Source: Bugula neritina
Taxonomy: Eukaryota; Animalia; Bryozoa
Assembly: GCA_964035545.1 (NCBI GenBank)
Contig: OZ037768.1
Coordinates: 9,022,741 to 9,086,740 of the forward strand
Direction: 5' to 3'
Length of the DNA: 64,000 bases
A program made the translations under genes and the position numbers. Position 1 is the stretch's first letter, and each line of letters starts with the position of its first letter. The notes beneath the pieces are model-generated. The model saw only the letters and a program-made list of their open reading frames with translations, did not search any database and was not told the origin of the DNA. This document shows positions 51,850-64,000 of this stretch, in pieces.

Positions 51850-53400
51850 TGTCGATACCTGTCGATGTTATTTCCACACTGGACCTCCCTAGAGGGAAGA
51901 AGGGGTGTGCCTCATATAAAAAACTAAGTTGTCAGTACTTGGACAGTAGTCTAAAAAGTGTTAACATTCTTGTGCAGATTAACTCAACAGGCTAACTAGC
52001 CTGTCTGTGTGTGATCAGTGCTGATCCTCATATCTCTTATTGTTCGTGGGAGAAAACTATAAAGATACCCATTCCTGTTCGCTCTCACTGATCTGGGAAA
52101 TCCTGAAACCTGAGACCGAGTCTGTACAGTGCTTGTGGTCCGCTGATCTAGAAAATCATTATAGGCAGCACTCAGAGTTGGATGTTGTTCTTCCTTGGAC
52201 AATATTTTTAGAAGAAGGCTGATGCGTCGGCTTTTCCTCCTTAGATCAAGCGGCTCCAAACACAGCTTTTTCATCTCCTCCCCAATATCAGTTCTTCCTT
52301 TGCTGTTAGAGATAAAACGCACAGCATCTGTTTGAACATTCTCCATTATACTTATATGATTTTTGCTAGATGGGTCCCAGGCTGCACTGGCATATTCCAA
52401 GTGTGGGAGACAGAGGGCTTTGTAGGCAATAAGCTTTGCTCTCCTGGGGGCCCAGTAGAGTGCACGTTTTATCATACCTAATTGCCGTTTTGCAACAAGA
52501 ACCTTTTTTAGGATGTGTTGGTCAAATTTACAGTCTGATTGCAGTGTTACACCAAGGTATTTTGTTGAGTCAACATGATCTAACACTGATCCACTAAGCT
52601 TGTATTGGGGAGTGTCGGTCTTAGGGTTAAAGCTGATTATCTTGCTCTTGGAGATGTTAAATGACATTCCCCACTTATTCGCCCAAGTACTAAGAGAGTC
52701 CAGGTTGCGCTGAAATCTCTTACAGTCTTCAGATGAGGAAATTTCTTGGTAAACAAGTGTGTCATCGGCAAAAATAGCACAAGAGCAGTTGAGACACTCA
52801 GGAAGATCATTTATAAAGACTAAAAAAAGTACCGGCCCTAACACTGATCCCTGTGGTACACCTGAGCAAACCGGCTTTGGATCCGAGCTGCAGCCATGTA
52901 ACACAACACGCTGCTTTCTGTCTGTAAGAAAGTTGTGAACCCATCGTAGCAGATAATTGTCAACATCGGCAATTTGAGAAAGCTTCTGTAGCAGAAGTCC
53001 ATGCGGGACCCGATCAAATGCCTTGGTAAAGTCTAGCACAGCAGCATGGACAGTCTTTTGGTTATCGATAGCATACAGAATGTCATGCATAGTTGCACAG
53101 ATCTGCGTCTCACAGGGGAGGCCTCTTCTGAAACCATGCTGCCTGTTGTTGAGCTTTGTGTCAATCTTTTCTAGCAGGTTTCTCAGGACGATGTGTTCCA
53201 AAATCTTGCAAGGAATGCTGGTCAAGGATATTAGACGGTAGTTATTGACACTGACCGTACTTCCTGATTTGTGAAGTGGTGACACATTGGCTCTTTTCCA
53301 GTCCAATGGAAGTTGCCCAGTTTGAAGAGAAACTTGAAAAATCTTACTCAAGCATGCAGCGGTAAGTTCAATATCTATGCTCAAATCAGCTTTCCCAATG
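51850..53400 (-). mobile_element. 5'-truncated non-LTR retrotransposon (LINE; CR1/L2-group-like) with reverse transcriptase ORF 51996-53384
   Basis: RT motifs WKRANVSPLHK, NYRLISLTS, QHGFRRG, LDFTKAFDRV, GVPQGSVLGPVLF, FADD, KYLGV; C-terminal PHLEYASAAWDP and SFLPRTIRD. No endonuclease domain. ~145-nt 3'UTR ending in a short tandem (ATCGACA[G/A]GT)x2 tail. Confidence 0.93.
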
Positions 53401-54218
53401 AGTATGAGTATGAGTATCAGTATGAGATTGAGTATGACAATCCACTGTTAAAGTTATTACTTCTGCAATGAATACATATACTTATAGCTATAATATAAAC
53501 TATATTAGTTATTACTATATACCCATACTCATAGTGATAGTCGATGTCATACTCATACTCGTACTGATACTCATACTAATATAGTAATAACTAGGTCTGA
53601 TAGTTCTCAGCTCTGTTAAGAAAGTTATACTTATACTTATACAACCACAATGAGATATAATGACCACAAAACCACCATCTATAATAAAACTAATAAGTCA
53701 CCGAAACTGTCAAGAAAAATTGCCAATTTAATTAGTAAATTTATCAAAATTAAAGTAAAAGCCAAAAGGGGCACGTTGGTGATAACTTACAAAGGGTTAA
53801 AGTTCACACTGATCACTTACGAATTGGACACGCCTTTCTCTTATTTAGACTGATATCTTTCAAAATAGCTAGCACCAATGAACTCAATAATTATTGAGTC
53901 TATTCCAGCTCAGTGGCTAGCACACTGAACTGGAAAAATATTGTTTTTAGTTCAGTTCTTAAGTGTCGAAGCTCATTTTACCAAGGCCGTTTATTTAGAA
54001 TCTTTCACAGTACGAGCTTTTCTAGTATTACAGCGACTCAAATTCGTTCACTTGTCATATTTTACTGAAAAGAAGCTAAGCTAAAACTCTGTGAGCATTT
54101 TACAGCGTGAGGCTGAGTGGCTTTACAGTTACTAATAGCAGTAAACCTTTTGCCCACCACTTCATTATTATGTTCAAAGATATTAGGTGATTTGAATACC
54201 TAGATAATTCTTAACAAA

Positions 54219-57200
54219 ATGCTGCTTAAAACTTTTCATCAAACTTTAAAAAAGCATATTAATTCAAGTTGTTCCTATACTCGGTTCGCCTCGTACACAT
54301 CGTTTTCTGACACCTACAACATTTTTGTTCACGGCAACCTGAACCCTAATTTTAACTTGCAGTTAAAAGCGCAAGGAATAAAACTGAATAGAACATGCAG
54401 ATGTAGATTTACAAGCAATAGTTTGTCTAAAGTCACCACACCAATTGTCTATGGAAATACAATTAAAGGTAACATTAACACTAACTCTAAGTGAAGTCTA
54501 ACAGTAACAATTTAAAGTTGAACTTAAATTTAATCAATTATTATTAATATTACTAATAGTAATACTATCTTTTTAAAAGTAAAATATACAAGAAGTTATA
54601 AAAAATCATAATTAGATTTTTAATTTCAGTAGCACTATTGCCTTCACTAGCTGTAGATGACTATTAGTATTAGTATTACTATTCTTCACTAGGTACTTAA
54701 TCTATACTGGAGACAATGATCATAAAGATGATAATTATAATTATTGCAGTTGAAAATTGTGAATTAAAACTATGTCTATACTTATACTTATGCTTATAAT
54801 TCTAGTAATTATTATTTATATTAAAAACTTACCCTAGATCTAATAGCTGTAGCATCATTAGCATTACTATGATAATCACAATTGACATGATTAGGCCTAG
54901 CACAAATAATGGTATCAGTATAACTATAATTAGATGTGCTAATACTTGAATTAAACTTTTAATATAGCTTATTTCTCTATTTTTTATGAATAAAATTTAT
55001 GGATTGTTGTAGTAGCCCTAGTGGTCAAAAATTAGTTCCCTTTGGTTTATGTTCATTTTCAGAAATGACTACAATATGTTAATAGTGATAGTTATTACTG
55101 TACTACAAATGTTTTAATTTATTAACCACACCTACAGTACTTAGAGTTAGTTACTCTCTTATAATCTAATTATGGTCAGGTTTGCTCTTTTGTATTTCAT
55201 GTAGTAGAAGTTTACATAGTATATATGTATTTATATAATTAGTTGTAGAGCTACCATTGGGTGATTCATTAACATTTCTGAATATTTGTAAAAACTGCTC
55301 AAATTTCTATGTTGCTTTATGAACATATTAAAATATTTCAATTTGTAGCAGTATTTAGTAATATTGATTGAGGAAAATATTTCCGTATCACGCAGTTAAT
55401 TTGGGTATTGGATGGACTTGATTCATTTTGAATGTAGAAAAATACTTCACTAGAAGTTGCATGCTAGTTACTATCATTGAAAATGTTACTTTTTTTCTTT
55501 TTTTATCATGGACGTTTTAATACTTTTTCTAGTAACTTGTTTAAATGATTGATGTTATAGATGCATACTCAACACGACCATATTGCACAAAAAGTTCAAA
55601 CAATCCTCCAGAAAATGATGATTTATCTACTCTCCTTGGTCAGTTATCTTCAACTAAGAAGGCTTCAGGACAAACATTTGATTATGATGTCAAGTTGGAG
55701 CATGTGTTCAATGAAGAACCGCAACAGAGTTTGCCTGGTCATAGAATAAGGTTGGATGTCTCATAATACTGAAAGTTGTGCTCTAACCGGTTGTTTATGA
55801 CGGTTAACGTGTTATGTTAATATGACTAGGCTGTTAGCTGTAATGCTTTTGTTTTTTATAGTAAGTATATAAAGATTCATATCAGGGTTTTCATTAAAAA
55901 AAAACTTCAAAATATTATTGACTTCTATATGTTTATACATTTTTTATCTTCAAAGAGTGCCCCAAGCTACATTGGTGATTGGAAGGATCAACATAATATT
56001 TTGATATTGAATGATACAAATGATTAAAATATTTTGTCTTTAGGGGAATTCTTGTGCCCACAGCTGAAACTCATGGGTCTGTGATCAATGGGCAAAAGTA
56101 TTCAGATCTTCCTGTTGCTAATGTAAAAGCTTCCTACAACAACACAATAATTACCATTAGCAAAGCCTCAGGTTAGTAAGAACAGTATTCACAGTAGAGG
56201 TCATATAACCTGGTGCTATTTTGAAAAATTGGTGTACATGTTTCAAAGCCAGTTAAAGTTTTTATTATATTCACATATATAGTACAATAAAGCTAACAAG
56301 TGTTGATAAACAACATTTTGATTTATTTCTAGGTGCTGTTATCTGTACATCTTCTGGGGTAAGTAGATTCTGCACCCATTAATAAATTTTGCTACCATGT
56401 ACAGAAATTTGCTAGACATATTATTTCATTTTTGGGCTCTGGTTTCTGTAACAGTTCCCATTGTGTTCTTTTAGGGTATTGTCGGCTTCAGAAATGCCAA
56501 GAAGAAAACTACCATAGCTGCTCAGACTGCTGGGTTAGACGCCAGTAAAGTATGTTAAGAAATTATTAGTATGAATAATTTAAATACTTGCCAAATTGAA
56601 ACTCTACACTCAAAAAGGTTGCCAATTTCTAGCCTTTGCGATTTCATTCAAACTTTGTCAGTGTATGAAATGATTTTTTGGGCAATGTATGCATTTTTTA
56701 ATATAAGTATTTGATGGTGTCTTCACTAATATAGTCATTTACAGAAAGCTGTGCAGAAAGGATTGACACATATAAGAGTAGCCATAAGAGGTGTGGGTAA
56801 AGGCAGGCTGGTAAGTTTAGTTGTCTCAGGAGTAAACTGTGCACACCTTATGTGGTAAATGTGGCACCTCGGTTATTTCTTGTTTTAGTTTTTCAGCTCC
56901 AACAGCACTCTTTAGAACAGGAAAGCAATTTGCCTGCAGATAGTACATCTGCCTCTTCAAAATTATTGTTGGTAACAGATAATGGTTTGGGTTTCTCCTG
57001 AGCCACCAAATATATAATTTATAGTTCATTTGGTAATGTGCTTTAAGGGCAGTCTAACTTGTATGCAAGACCTATGTACAACTAAAATAATGTAATTATT
57101 ATAGCCCTCTATTTATTAGGAACTACACTATGAAAAATGCTCTCTATTTACATCTTGCCCTAATCACAGTTTGGGAGAAATTTGAATTACACAAGTAAAC

Positions 57201-57735
57201 AGGCCACAAGTTCAGCATGGTTACACTTACAAGTTCAAGTAACAGCTGGTTGTATCTTAGATGTACAAATAAGTGTTCTTCTGTTCTGTCTAATTAAAGT
57301 TATGTGAGAAGATTACCTCAAATTAGAAATTGGGCAACTGGGAATTTTTTGTGAATACAAAGATATGTAATAGGAATCGTGTGAATCAAGGCTTAAAAAC
57401 AAGCTCAATTAGAACAAATAATTATTAAACCAAGTACAGAGTATATTTTTTACATTGTGTCATGCCAAACAAATAGTTGAACTGTAAAAAATAGACACCG
57501 CCTGTAATTATTTACTAAGATAAAAAAGTCATTAATAAACATAAACAACAAGGCAGAATTTGATCATAAATTACAAATTTATAGATATAAGAAAGTTGGC
57601 ACTTGAACTATAATTACAATGTTTCAGGCAGCCTGTAAAGGTCTTGAAGAAGGTGGACTCACAGTGGTTTCTATTACAGATGTCACTCACATAGATTTCG
57701 GAACTCAAACACCAAGAAAGAAACGTCGTTTATAA
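54219..57735 (+). CDS. MRPS11: Mitochondrial small-subunit ribosomal protein uS11m (280 aa)
   Basis: Exons 54219-54468, 55561-55750, 56044-56171, 56333-56358, 56475-56549, 56745-56810, 57628-57735. uS11 motifs LPVANVKASYNNTIIT, GFRNAKKKTTIAAQTAG, IRVAIRGVGKGR, GGLTVVSITDVT, PRKKRRL*. Basic/hydroxylated N-terminus resembles a mitochondrial presequence; the first two exons are less certain. Confidence 0.92.
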
Positions 57736-59129
57736 GCGCCGTTTAGTGGACTGTGTAACATACGAGTATCTAGTTCACATTATAATGTTATCTCAGTTTC
57801 CATTGGTTGTACAGAGCTCTCAACCTGAACCTCTTCCATTTGAACCAATGAAGTTTCTCTGTTGAAATTTGTTTTGAGTAAACTAACTCTTTCAGGTTTT
57901 GTAGATACTAAAATACAAGTATACTGTGCAAGCTGTTGAGTATTATTTATATTTACAATCTAGCAGCTATGTTATCAGCATTTACATGCATAAAATGATT
58001 GTTGAAAGAATGAGTAAACTTGATTCCATAGACTTGAATTCATTCGTATAATGGCCACATTATAATACTAACCAGCTGGTGTTTGCACAAATATTTGTGA
58101 ATTGTTCTCTCTTGCAGTAGAAAGGGTAACTCCTTGTGTAGACACATCTGTATTATAGTCCAATATGACGGTGTGCACAGCATCATGCTTTTGCTAAACA
58201 TTTGATGGACAGAATTAGTGTACACATCAAAATCATAGGTAGCATGTATCATAATCAAGTAGCTAAGCAGTACTCTAACTGGTTATCTACATTCAAGCAC
58301 TGCGTTTCCATGACTTCACATTATGGGAATGGATGCTAGTATAGATTAATTTGTGGTTCCATACGATGTAACCTTTACCAAATGCTGATGAAAAATCCAT
58401 GATTAACATAATTAGAACAATGGAAACGCAGCGAAGTACACTTGGGACATCCATTATTGCTAAGTCTCTAGCAATAAGCTATGCAAGGCTCTCCTAGGAA
58501 ATGACTGGATAGGTAAGGGGTGACCCTACAAATGAGTAATATTTGTGAACTGCTTTTAGGGTATACAAATATTTGAATGTCCAAGTTTTTACCAAAAATT
58601 AGTTGTTAATTCTAAGATTGTGTTGATTATACACATTGACATTATGCATGAGCTACCATTTAAATGCAAGTCAATAAAATATAACCTGAGCGTTATATGA
58701 GAAACCATATATAATACAAGAAATAGCCAAGCAACACTGCTCCATGCTACACTAATCAGTTGTACTACATTAGTAATAGATTTGTGAAGGTTAAGCAAAA
58801 TAGCATATATGTGAAGAACTTACTAAGTTTTGGACAAGCTGCACACTACCCTGGAAGTCTTCAGGTTCAACTAAATACGAAAACATATATATATATTATT
58901 GTTGCACGTATGCAGCAACCTTCAAAAGACTAAAGATTTAGCCTTAGAGCTTCATATAAAAATAGCAAGTCATAGTATTGCACAGTTGATCCACATGAAA
59001 CGGCTTTCAAGAAACTTTGATGAATTTTTGCATAAAATAAATGAAAAGGCAATCCGTGATACAAATGCACCCAATATGTAAATACTCCTACATTTTGGAG
59101 TTATACAATGTATGTGGGTCACAGCTAGA

Positions 59130-62100
59130 CTAATCGTAAATTGTACACTTGAGTTCAATAGATTGCTTACTATATGTTGTGCCATTCTCATGGCTGGTGT
59201 CTGAAGTAACCTGCATTAGTTGAGATCCATCTGTAGCAAGACTGCTCGCGTCCAGAGGAAATCTCATAACCTGTGATACATCACAAGGCTACCATTTGCA
59301 ATATGGACTATAGCAGAAAATAAATCTATGCCCAAACCACAAAAGTTATTATACAACATTTTATTAGAACACTTTGCGTGTGTTTTTTCTACCTGAAAAA
59401 TTATCAATAGCCCCATCCAGTTATGTGAAAACACTTGATAGATAAATGCACTATAAGCATCAAATCTACCTGAACATCGGAAGTGATACCATCTTGATTT
59501 TCCATGGGAATTATTTCTGTAATAACATCCTGACCAGAAGCTGCTCTTATGTCATTCATATGTATCCGATGTCGGTGACGTAAATGTCTTTTCATATCTG
59601 ATAAGTTACCAAACAAATACGAGCAACTGACACACTTGAAAACGTTAGTAGGTGTTCCTGATGTTAAACTGGTACCGACTTGCTCTCCGCCATGTGCACC
59701 TTCGCTGACTTTATAAGCAATCCCTGCAAAAAATTCAGTTAACAAGAATATGCAATACAAAACTATCTCTTATACAAAAGTCTATTCCAAAAATTTATAT
59801 CCTTTGTATACCAATTTTGGAGAATAAAATTTTAATGTTATTAGCCAATGTCACTTAAATTGAATATTCTTGTTTTATGAAAAGGCCAAGGCCTTAAGTT
59901 GCGTTAACACCTTCACGATTTTCAGTCAGAAATTGAATTTGGCCGAGTTGAAATTTCTCTGAGTTGCATTACATTGTAAAAGCCACTCGTCAAAATTTTT
60001 GTGCTGTGATAGCTTAATCGGCCGAGTTCAGAATAATACCTAAAAGGAGTAATAACTCCTTGTAAAAATCATTATTTAGTTATGACTTTGTCGATTAGAT
60101 GACGTACTTATATGTTAATAATCATATCGTTTATGCCTTCTCAATCATCGCTTTTTATGCTGTCAACTTGAGTAATTCACAATGTTTGTAAAGGGCATCA
60201 AATAGCAATTAGGCGAGTCAGATTTCACTTTTAGAAAGTAAGCTTCCACATCAATATGATTTCACCGAGTTCCAGTTTGACTATAAAGGGGTACACGGAC
60301 GAGTGTTATTAACTGAAACTCGGAACTTTTTTCAGTAGAGGTATAAACGCAACTTTATTCAGTGTAACAGTTAGGTATGGGTTATAATGGGAATCAAAAC
60401 TTGAATCAAATGCTAAAAATTAAAATTCTTTTAAAATATTTTAACAGTTTTATTTACACTGGCATGCCAGGTTCGAGCTTTAAATGTTTCATCTTCACAT
60501 GACATGCCGTCTTGAGTTAGAAGTAATTCATAGAGTTATCTTTACCTGGGTGATATCGAGTATAGTGAATCCTCATATAGCCAATAGTGTTTGCAGAAAA
60601 ATAGCAATGGTTGCATGAGAATTTCTTCAAAATATTGTGAGTCTCCATGTGCCTTATCAAATGACTTTTTTGTATTCCCTCATAATCGCATCTAAACAGT
60701 GAAAGTATCAAAACAACATGAAAACACTCACTTGCTTTGCAAACTATGAAAATAATTCAAGACTAAGAGTTCATAATCTGTACAGCATCTAGCTTTTGCA
60801 TGCATTATAGAATAAGAGAAAACATAATCTCTTTTACTATACTGCAACATATGAATTATAATCATTCGGTTTGAAGTTTCAGTACTTGAGTCAAATAGGC
60901 ATTGAAAAAAAAAATATTGGATGCGAGTTTCCAACATTAGCCCATCATATATTTTAAATATCCAGTTACATCAATTTCTTTTGCATTTAGATTGTATAAT
61001 AATGATTGGTACAGACTTGATGTATGTTCTCAAAAAAGAATCTGTTAATGCTTTGATTTTGAGTTTAAAATTAAAGAAAAACTTCCTAGCAACATAGAAA
61101 TGGAATGGCTTTAATTAATTTTACTTCTATGACTGCATCAAATCTCATTCACATATCCAACATCAAATTAAACTTTAAAAATGACGTAAAATAGCAAAGT
61201 ATTGTTAATAAATATTTCTTTAATCTAAAGTACATCGGGTATTCCTTACTTGTCACATTTAAAAAGACGTCCGTTAGCGTGAGATCTTTCATGCCATCTG
61301 AGTGCTGTTTTACTTTTATACCGTTTACCACAGTAAATACAAGGAAATGGTTTTTGCTCAGTATGTCGAAGAACATGTGAGTTCAAATTGCTTCTAGTGC
61401 GACAAGAGTAGTCACATATATCACACTTAAACGGTTTGATGCCTTCATGAACCTGTAAACAACAGCTACACATTGAAATAACTACGAGATGAATTAATCA
61501 CAAGATGCAGTAGAAATAGCGCTAGACAGAGAATGATATTCAGGAGCCTAGTAAACCTGGTAGATTTACAAATTCATCTTTATTGATTGCAATCAAATAC
61601 TGTAGATAAAAAAAATTTGCTTTATCTTAAAATTCAAAATAAAGCAAAACACAAAATACCTTGGTCAACAAATTTACTAATCTGTTAAATTAACAATTTT
61701 TGTTCCAATAAAAATGCACAGAACTAAGAATTTTGTAGTTTCTAGGAAAAGAGAGTATATGGATAAACAAGTAAAATTAATAATAAACTCAATTACTCAC
61801 CCATATATGCTTCTGTAACTCAATATTATTGTTTGTAAACATTTTATCACAGTATGGACACTTGAAGGCTTTACCAGCTAAAAATACAATTTAGACATAT
61901 AATTGTATTGCTGGAGCAAATATATCTCGTGCATTAAACATGAATATTTAAACCAAAGCAAGCCTTTAAAAGTAAAATCATACATAAATTTTTTTAAGTA
62001 TCTCAATGATAAGAGCTTAGCTTTAAGTCCATCTGACTTACATTTCATAACGTCTGTTCTTCTACCGTATCCACTAAGTTTTCTGGCTGTCTCTGCATCA

Positions 62101-63536
62101 ACCTCAGCGTGTTTACCAAGTAAGTGATTCCTTAAACCTTTTCTCCTAATAATTGAAAAGAAACTCAATTCTTTAACAAAAAAAAGAATTACTATAAGTA
62201 TATACAATCGAAATTTTTTTTAAAGTCATCATTGAATATGCCGCACAGCTTACAATAAACTATTATTGAAAGCTATATATACATAATACGCGTCCAAGTC
62301 ATGGGTTCAAACCCCACAAAGGCCATTGGTGATGTTAGGAAGAGCATCCAGTGATAATTGCTCCTGTGCCTCATATGAATAAGTCCTAAGCCGGATTTAA
62401 TAAAGAACTCTTTCCATCAGGGGTTTCTCACAGGGATGGTGACTATAAACTTGCATGAGTGAGTTATATACATAGTAATAATATATATACACAACAGAAC
62501 AGTTGGTGTTTTAACGTATGGAAATGCAGAGACACCCTTACCCAGCAACATACTGCTGACAGAGAGGACACTGCAAGCTCTCGTGTCTGCTTCTGTGATC
62601 AGCCAGAGCCGCCTTATTCTTGGACACAAAGTCGCATTGTTCACATTTGAACAGCCTGTCTTCATGGTGCGCATTCACATGCAACTTTAAGCTGTTTTTT
62701 GAGTGTGTCTTATGGTTGCAGTACTTACAGGCAAACGGCCTTTCATCTGTGCACATAAAAACACATAAACTATATTATTGTATTTAGAAAAAGATCATAT
62801 TACTAATCATATGCCCAATTCCACAAGATCTTCAGATTTTGAAATGTAGTGTTTGAGTATAACCTTCATGCGTCTTTGCATGATCTTCACAGATCTTCAA
62901 TGTCTTGAACAGCAGACCACATTCATAGCATTCGTGACTTCCTAATTCTTTCCTGAAACAATATCATCGAACAAAACAATAAAATTTAAATCCAGTCATG
63001 TAGTATCAGTTTGAACATTGGTTAGTGTATTAACACATGAATTCTAAACCCAAATAGTACTCGGGCTATGACTTGTCTAAATTCCAAACAAGTGCAGCAA
63101 CTTGACTAAACCTTTTAATCAAGTATATTCGATGACTTGTGCAAGTTGATGGAGTCAAGTTTTCTGTAGAATGAAATGAATCACTTCCAAATAAATATAA
63201 ATAGTAACTTATAGCAAAGTACAAAAAGACAAGTTATTTAGGCCACTAACAATAAAAAAAATCAAAATCTGAAAACATTTGGGCATAAATGCAACTCAAA
63301 TATCAGATTATACAATTACTTACAATACTATATTTGCATTACCCATTTAGCTACAAAAGAATTTACATGTATTGACATTACCTAAATTTAGCAAATAGTT
63401 CTTGAGTCATGGGTTTATAACCCAGTCTGGTGAAAATGTCAAGGTTACTACTGGCTTCAAGGGGTTGGTCAGCAGATATGGATACGCTTGAGCTCTCTAG
63501 GATAACTTGCCTCTCTTTTGGTAAATACAGACTTTT
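59130..63536 (-). CDS. ZFAT: ZFAT-like multi-C2H2 zinc-finger protein, 3' part (gene continues upstream, probably past the window end)
   Basis: Exons 63536-63382, 62952-62864, 62746-62542, 62145-62042, 61877-61801, 61452-61250, 60691-60546, 59723-59470, 59270-59130; 10 C2H2 fingers. [31 protein letters not shown]...CDYEGIQKSHLIRHMETH...HYTRYHP matches my recollection of the vertebrate ZFAT C-terminal finger array (KCPYCD...LQRHIWAHEGVKPFKC...LLRHMEQH...HYNRKHP). Confidence 0.82.
59897..60354. mobile_element. PIF/Harbinger-type (Tourist-like) MITE, 458 bp, in a ZFAT intron
   Basis: Termini AGTTGCGTTAACACCT / AGGTATAAACGCAACT (14/16 inverted match), flanked both sides by TTA (59894-59896, 60355-60357); internal CCGAGTT/AACTCGG sub-repeats; no ORF. 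Confidence 0.75.
62295..62450 (+). mobile_element. tRNA-derived SINE, second copy (5'-eroded), in a ZFAT intron
   Basis: GTCATGGGTTCAAACCCC..GGCCATTGGTGATGTTAGGAAGAGCATCCAGTGATAATTG aligns with the - strand copy at 30472-30581; the 3' boundary is approximate. Confidence 0.7.
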
Positions 63537-64000
63537 CTGTAACCATACAATTGATGACTTTATGTTATAATAGTGACCAAGAGAATACAATAAGTCTATA
63601 TATGTGTTTTGAATCAGTTATGTAACTCTATGATTCAAATAATATATGTTATCTATAACAAGTATAACTTATTCAGTTCAAAGCATAGCTCATAGCTTCT
63701 AAATTTCATCTTTTTCAATTGGTATATTTTGTATTATATTAGCATGTATTAGCACTTCCTTGAATTGAAATATAAGATAATTTCACCAATGACAAGAAAT
63801 AGTAAGGCAACATAATTTAAGTGAATCGGAAGTGTTTCATAGCTGCTCATTAAATCTAACCCTTCAAACTTTAGCACAACCATATATCTCAACATATGAA
63901 AAACTGTGGATTATTTAAAACAGTTATATTTTTCTTGGGTTTAATATTAAATATTCAAGAAAAGTATTCAACTAGGTAAAAAATTTGAGAAAAAAAGTCG

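Noticed and set aside
51996-53384. RT as a domesticated host gene, retron or DGR
   Set aside because: Typical LINE ORF2 C-terminal half, 5'-truncated mid-domain with 3'UTR and tail; no introns or accessory elements.

Overview
AT-rich, intron-dense eukaryotic (invertebrate-like metazoan) genomic DNA; the taxon cannot be fixed from sequence alone. Five spliced genes were reconstructed by hand from GT-AG sites and intron phases. (1) A 4-exon + strand gene (751-3574) for a 474-aa secreted protein: signal peptide, furin site, then 31 uninterrupted 13-aa Asn/Gly repeats with two RGD motifs and aromatic caps. This is the best candidate for an undescribed system, possibly an Asn-ladder beta-solenoid extracellular structural, adhesive or mineral/ice-templating protein. 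(2) A giant ~44-exon - strand gene (5314-42464) for a ~5,950-aa mostly low-complexity K/S/P/E protein with a 7.8-kb exon and three different peptide-repeat modules. (3) Beta-mannosidase MANBA (-, 17 coding exons). (4) Mitochondrial ribosomal protein MRPS11 (+, 7 exons). (5) The 3' part of a ZFAT-like C2H2 zinc-finger gene (-). Non-coding content: a young 5'-truncated LINE RT, two probable solo LTRs, a PIF/Harbinger-type MITE, two tRNA-derived SINE copies, an ~815-bp (GTAA/GTGA)n microsatellite abutting a splice donor, and a 49-bp minisatellite. All gene models are manual and lack transcript support.
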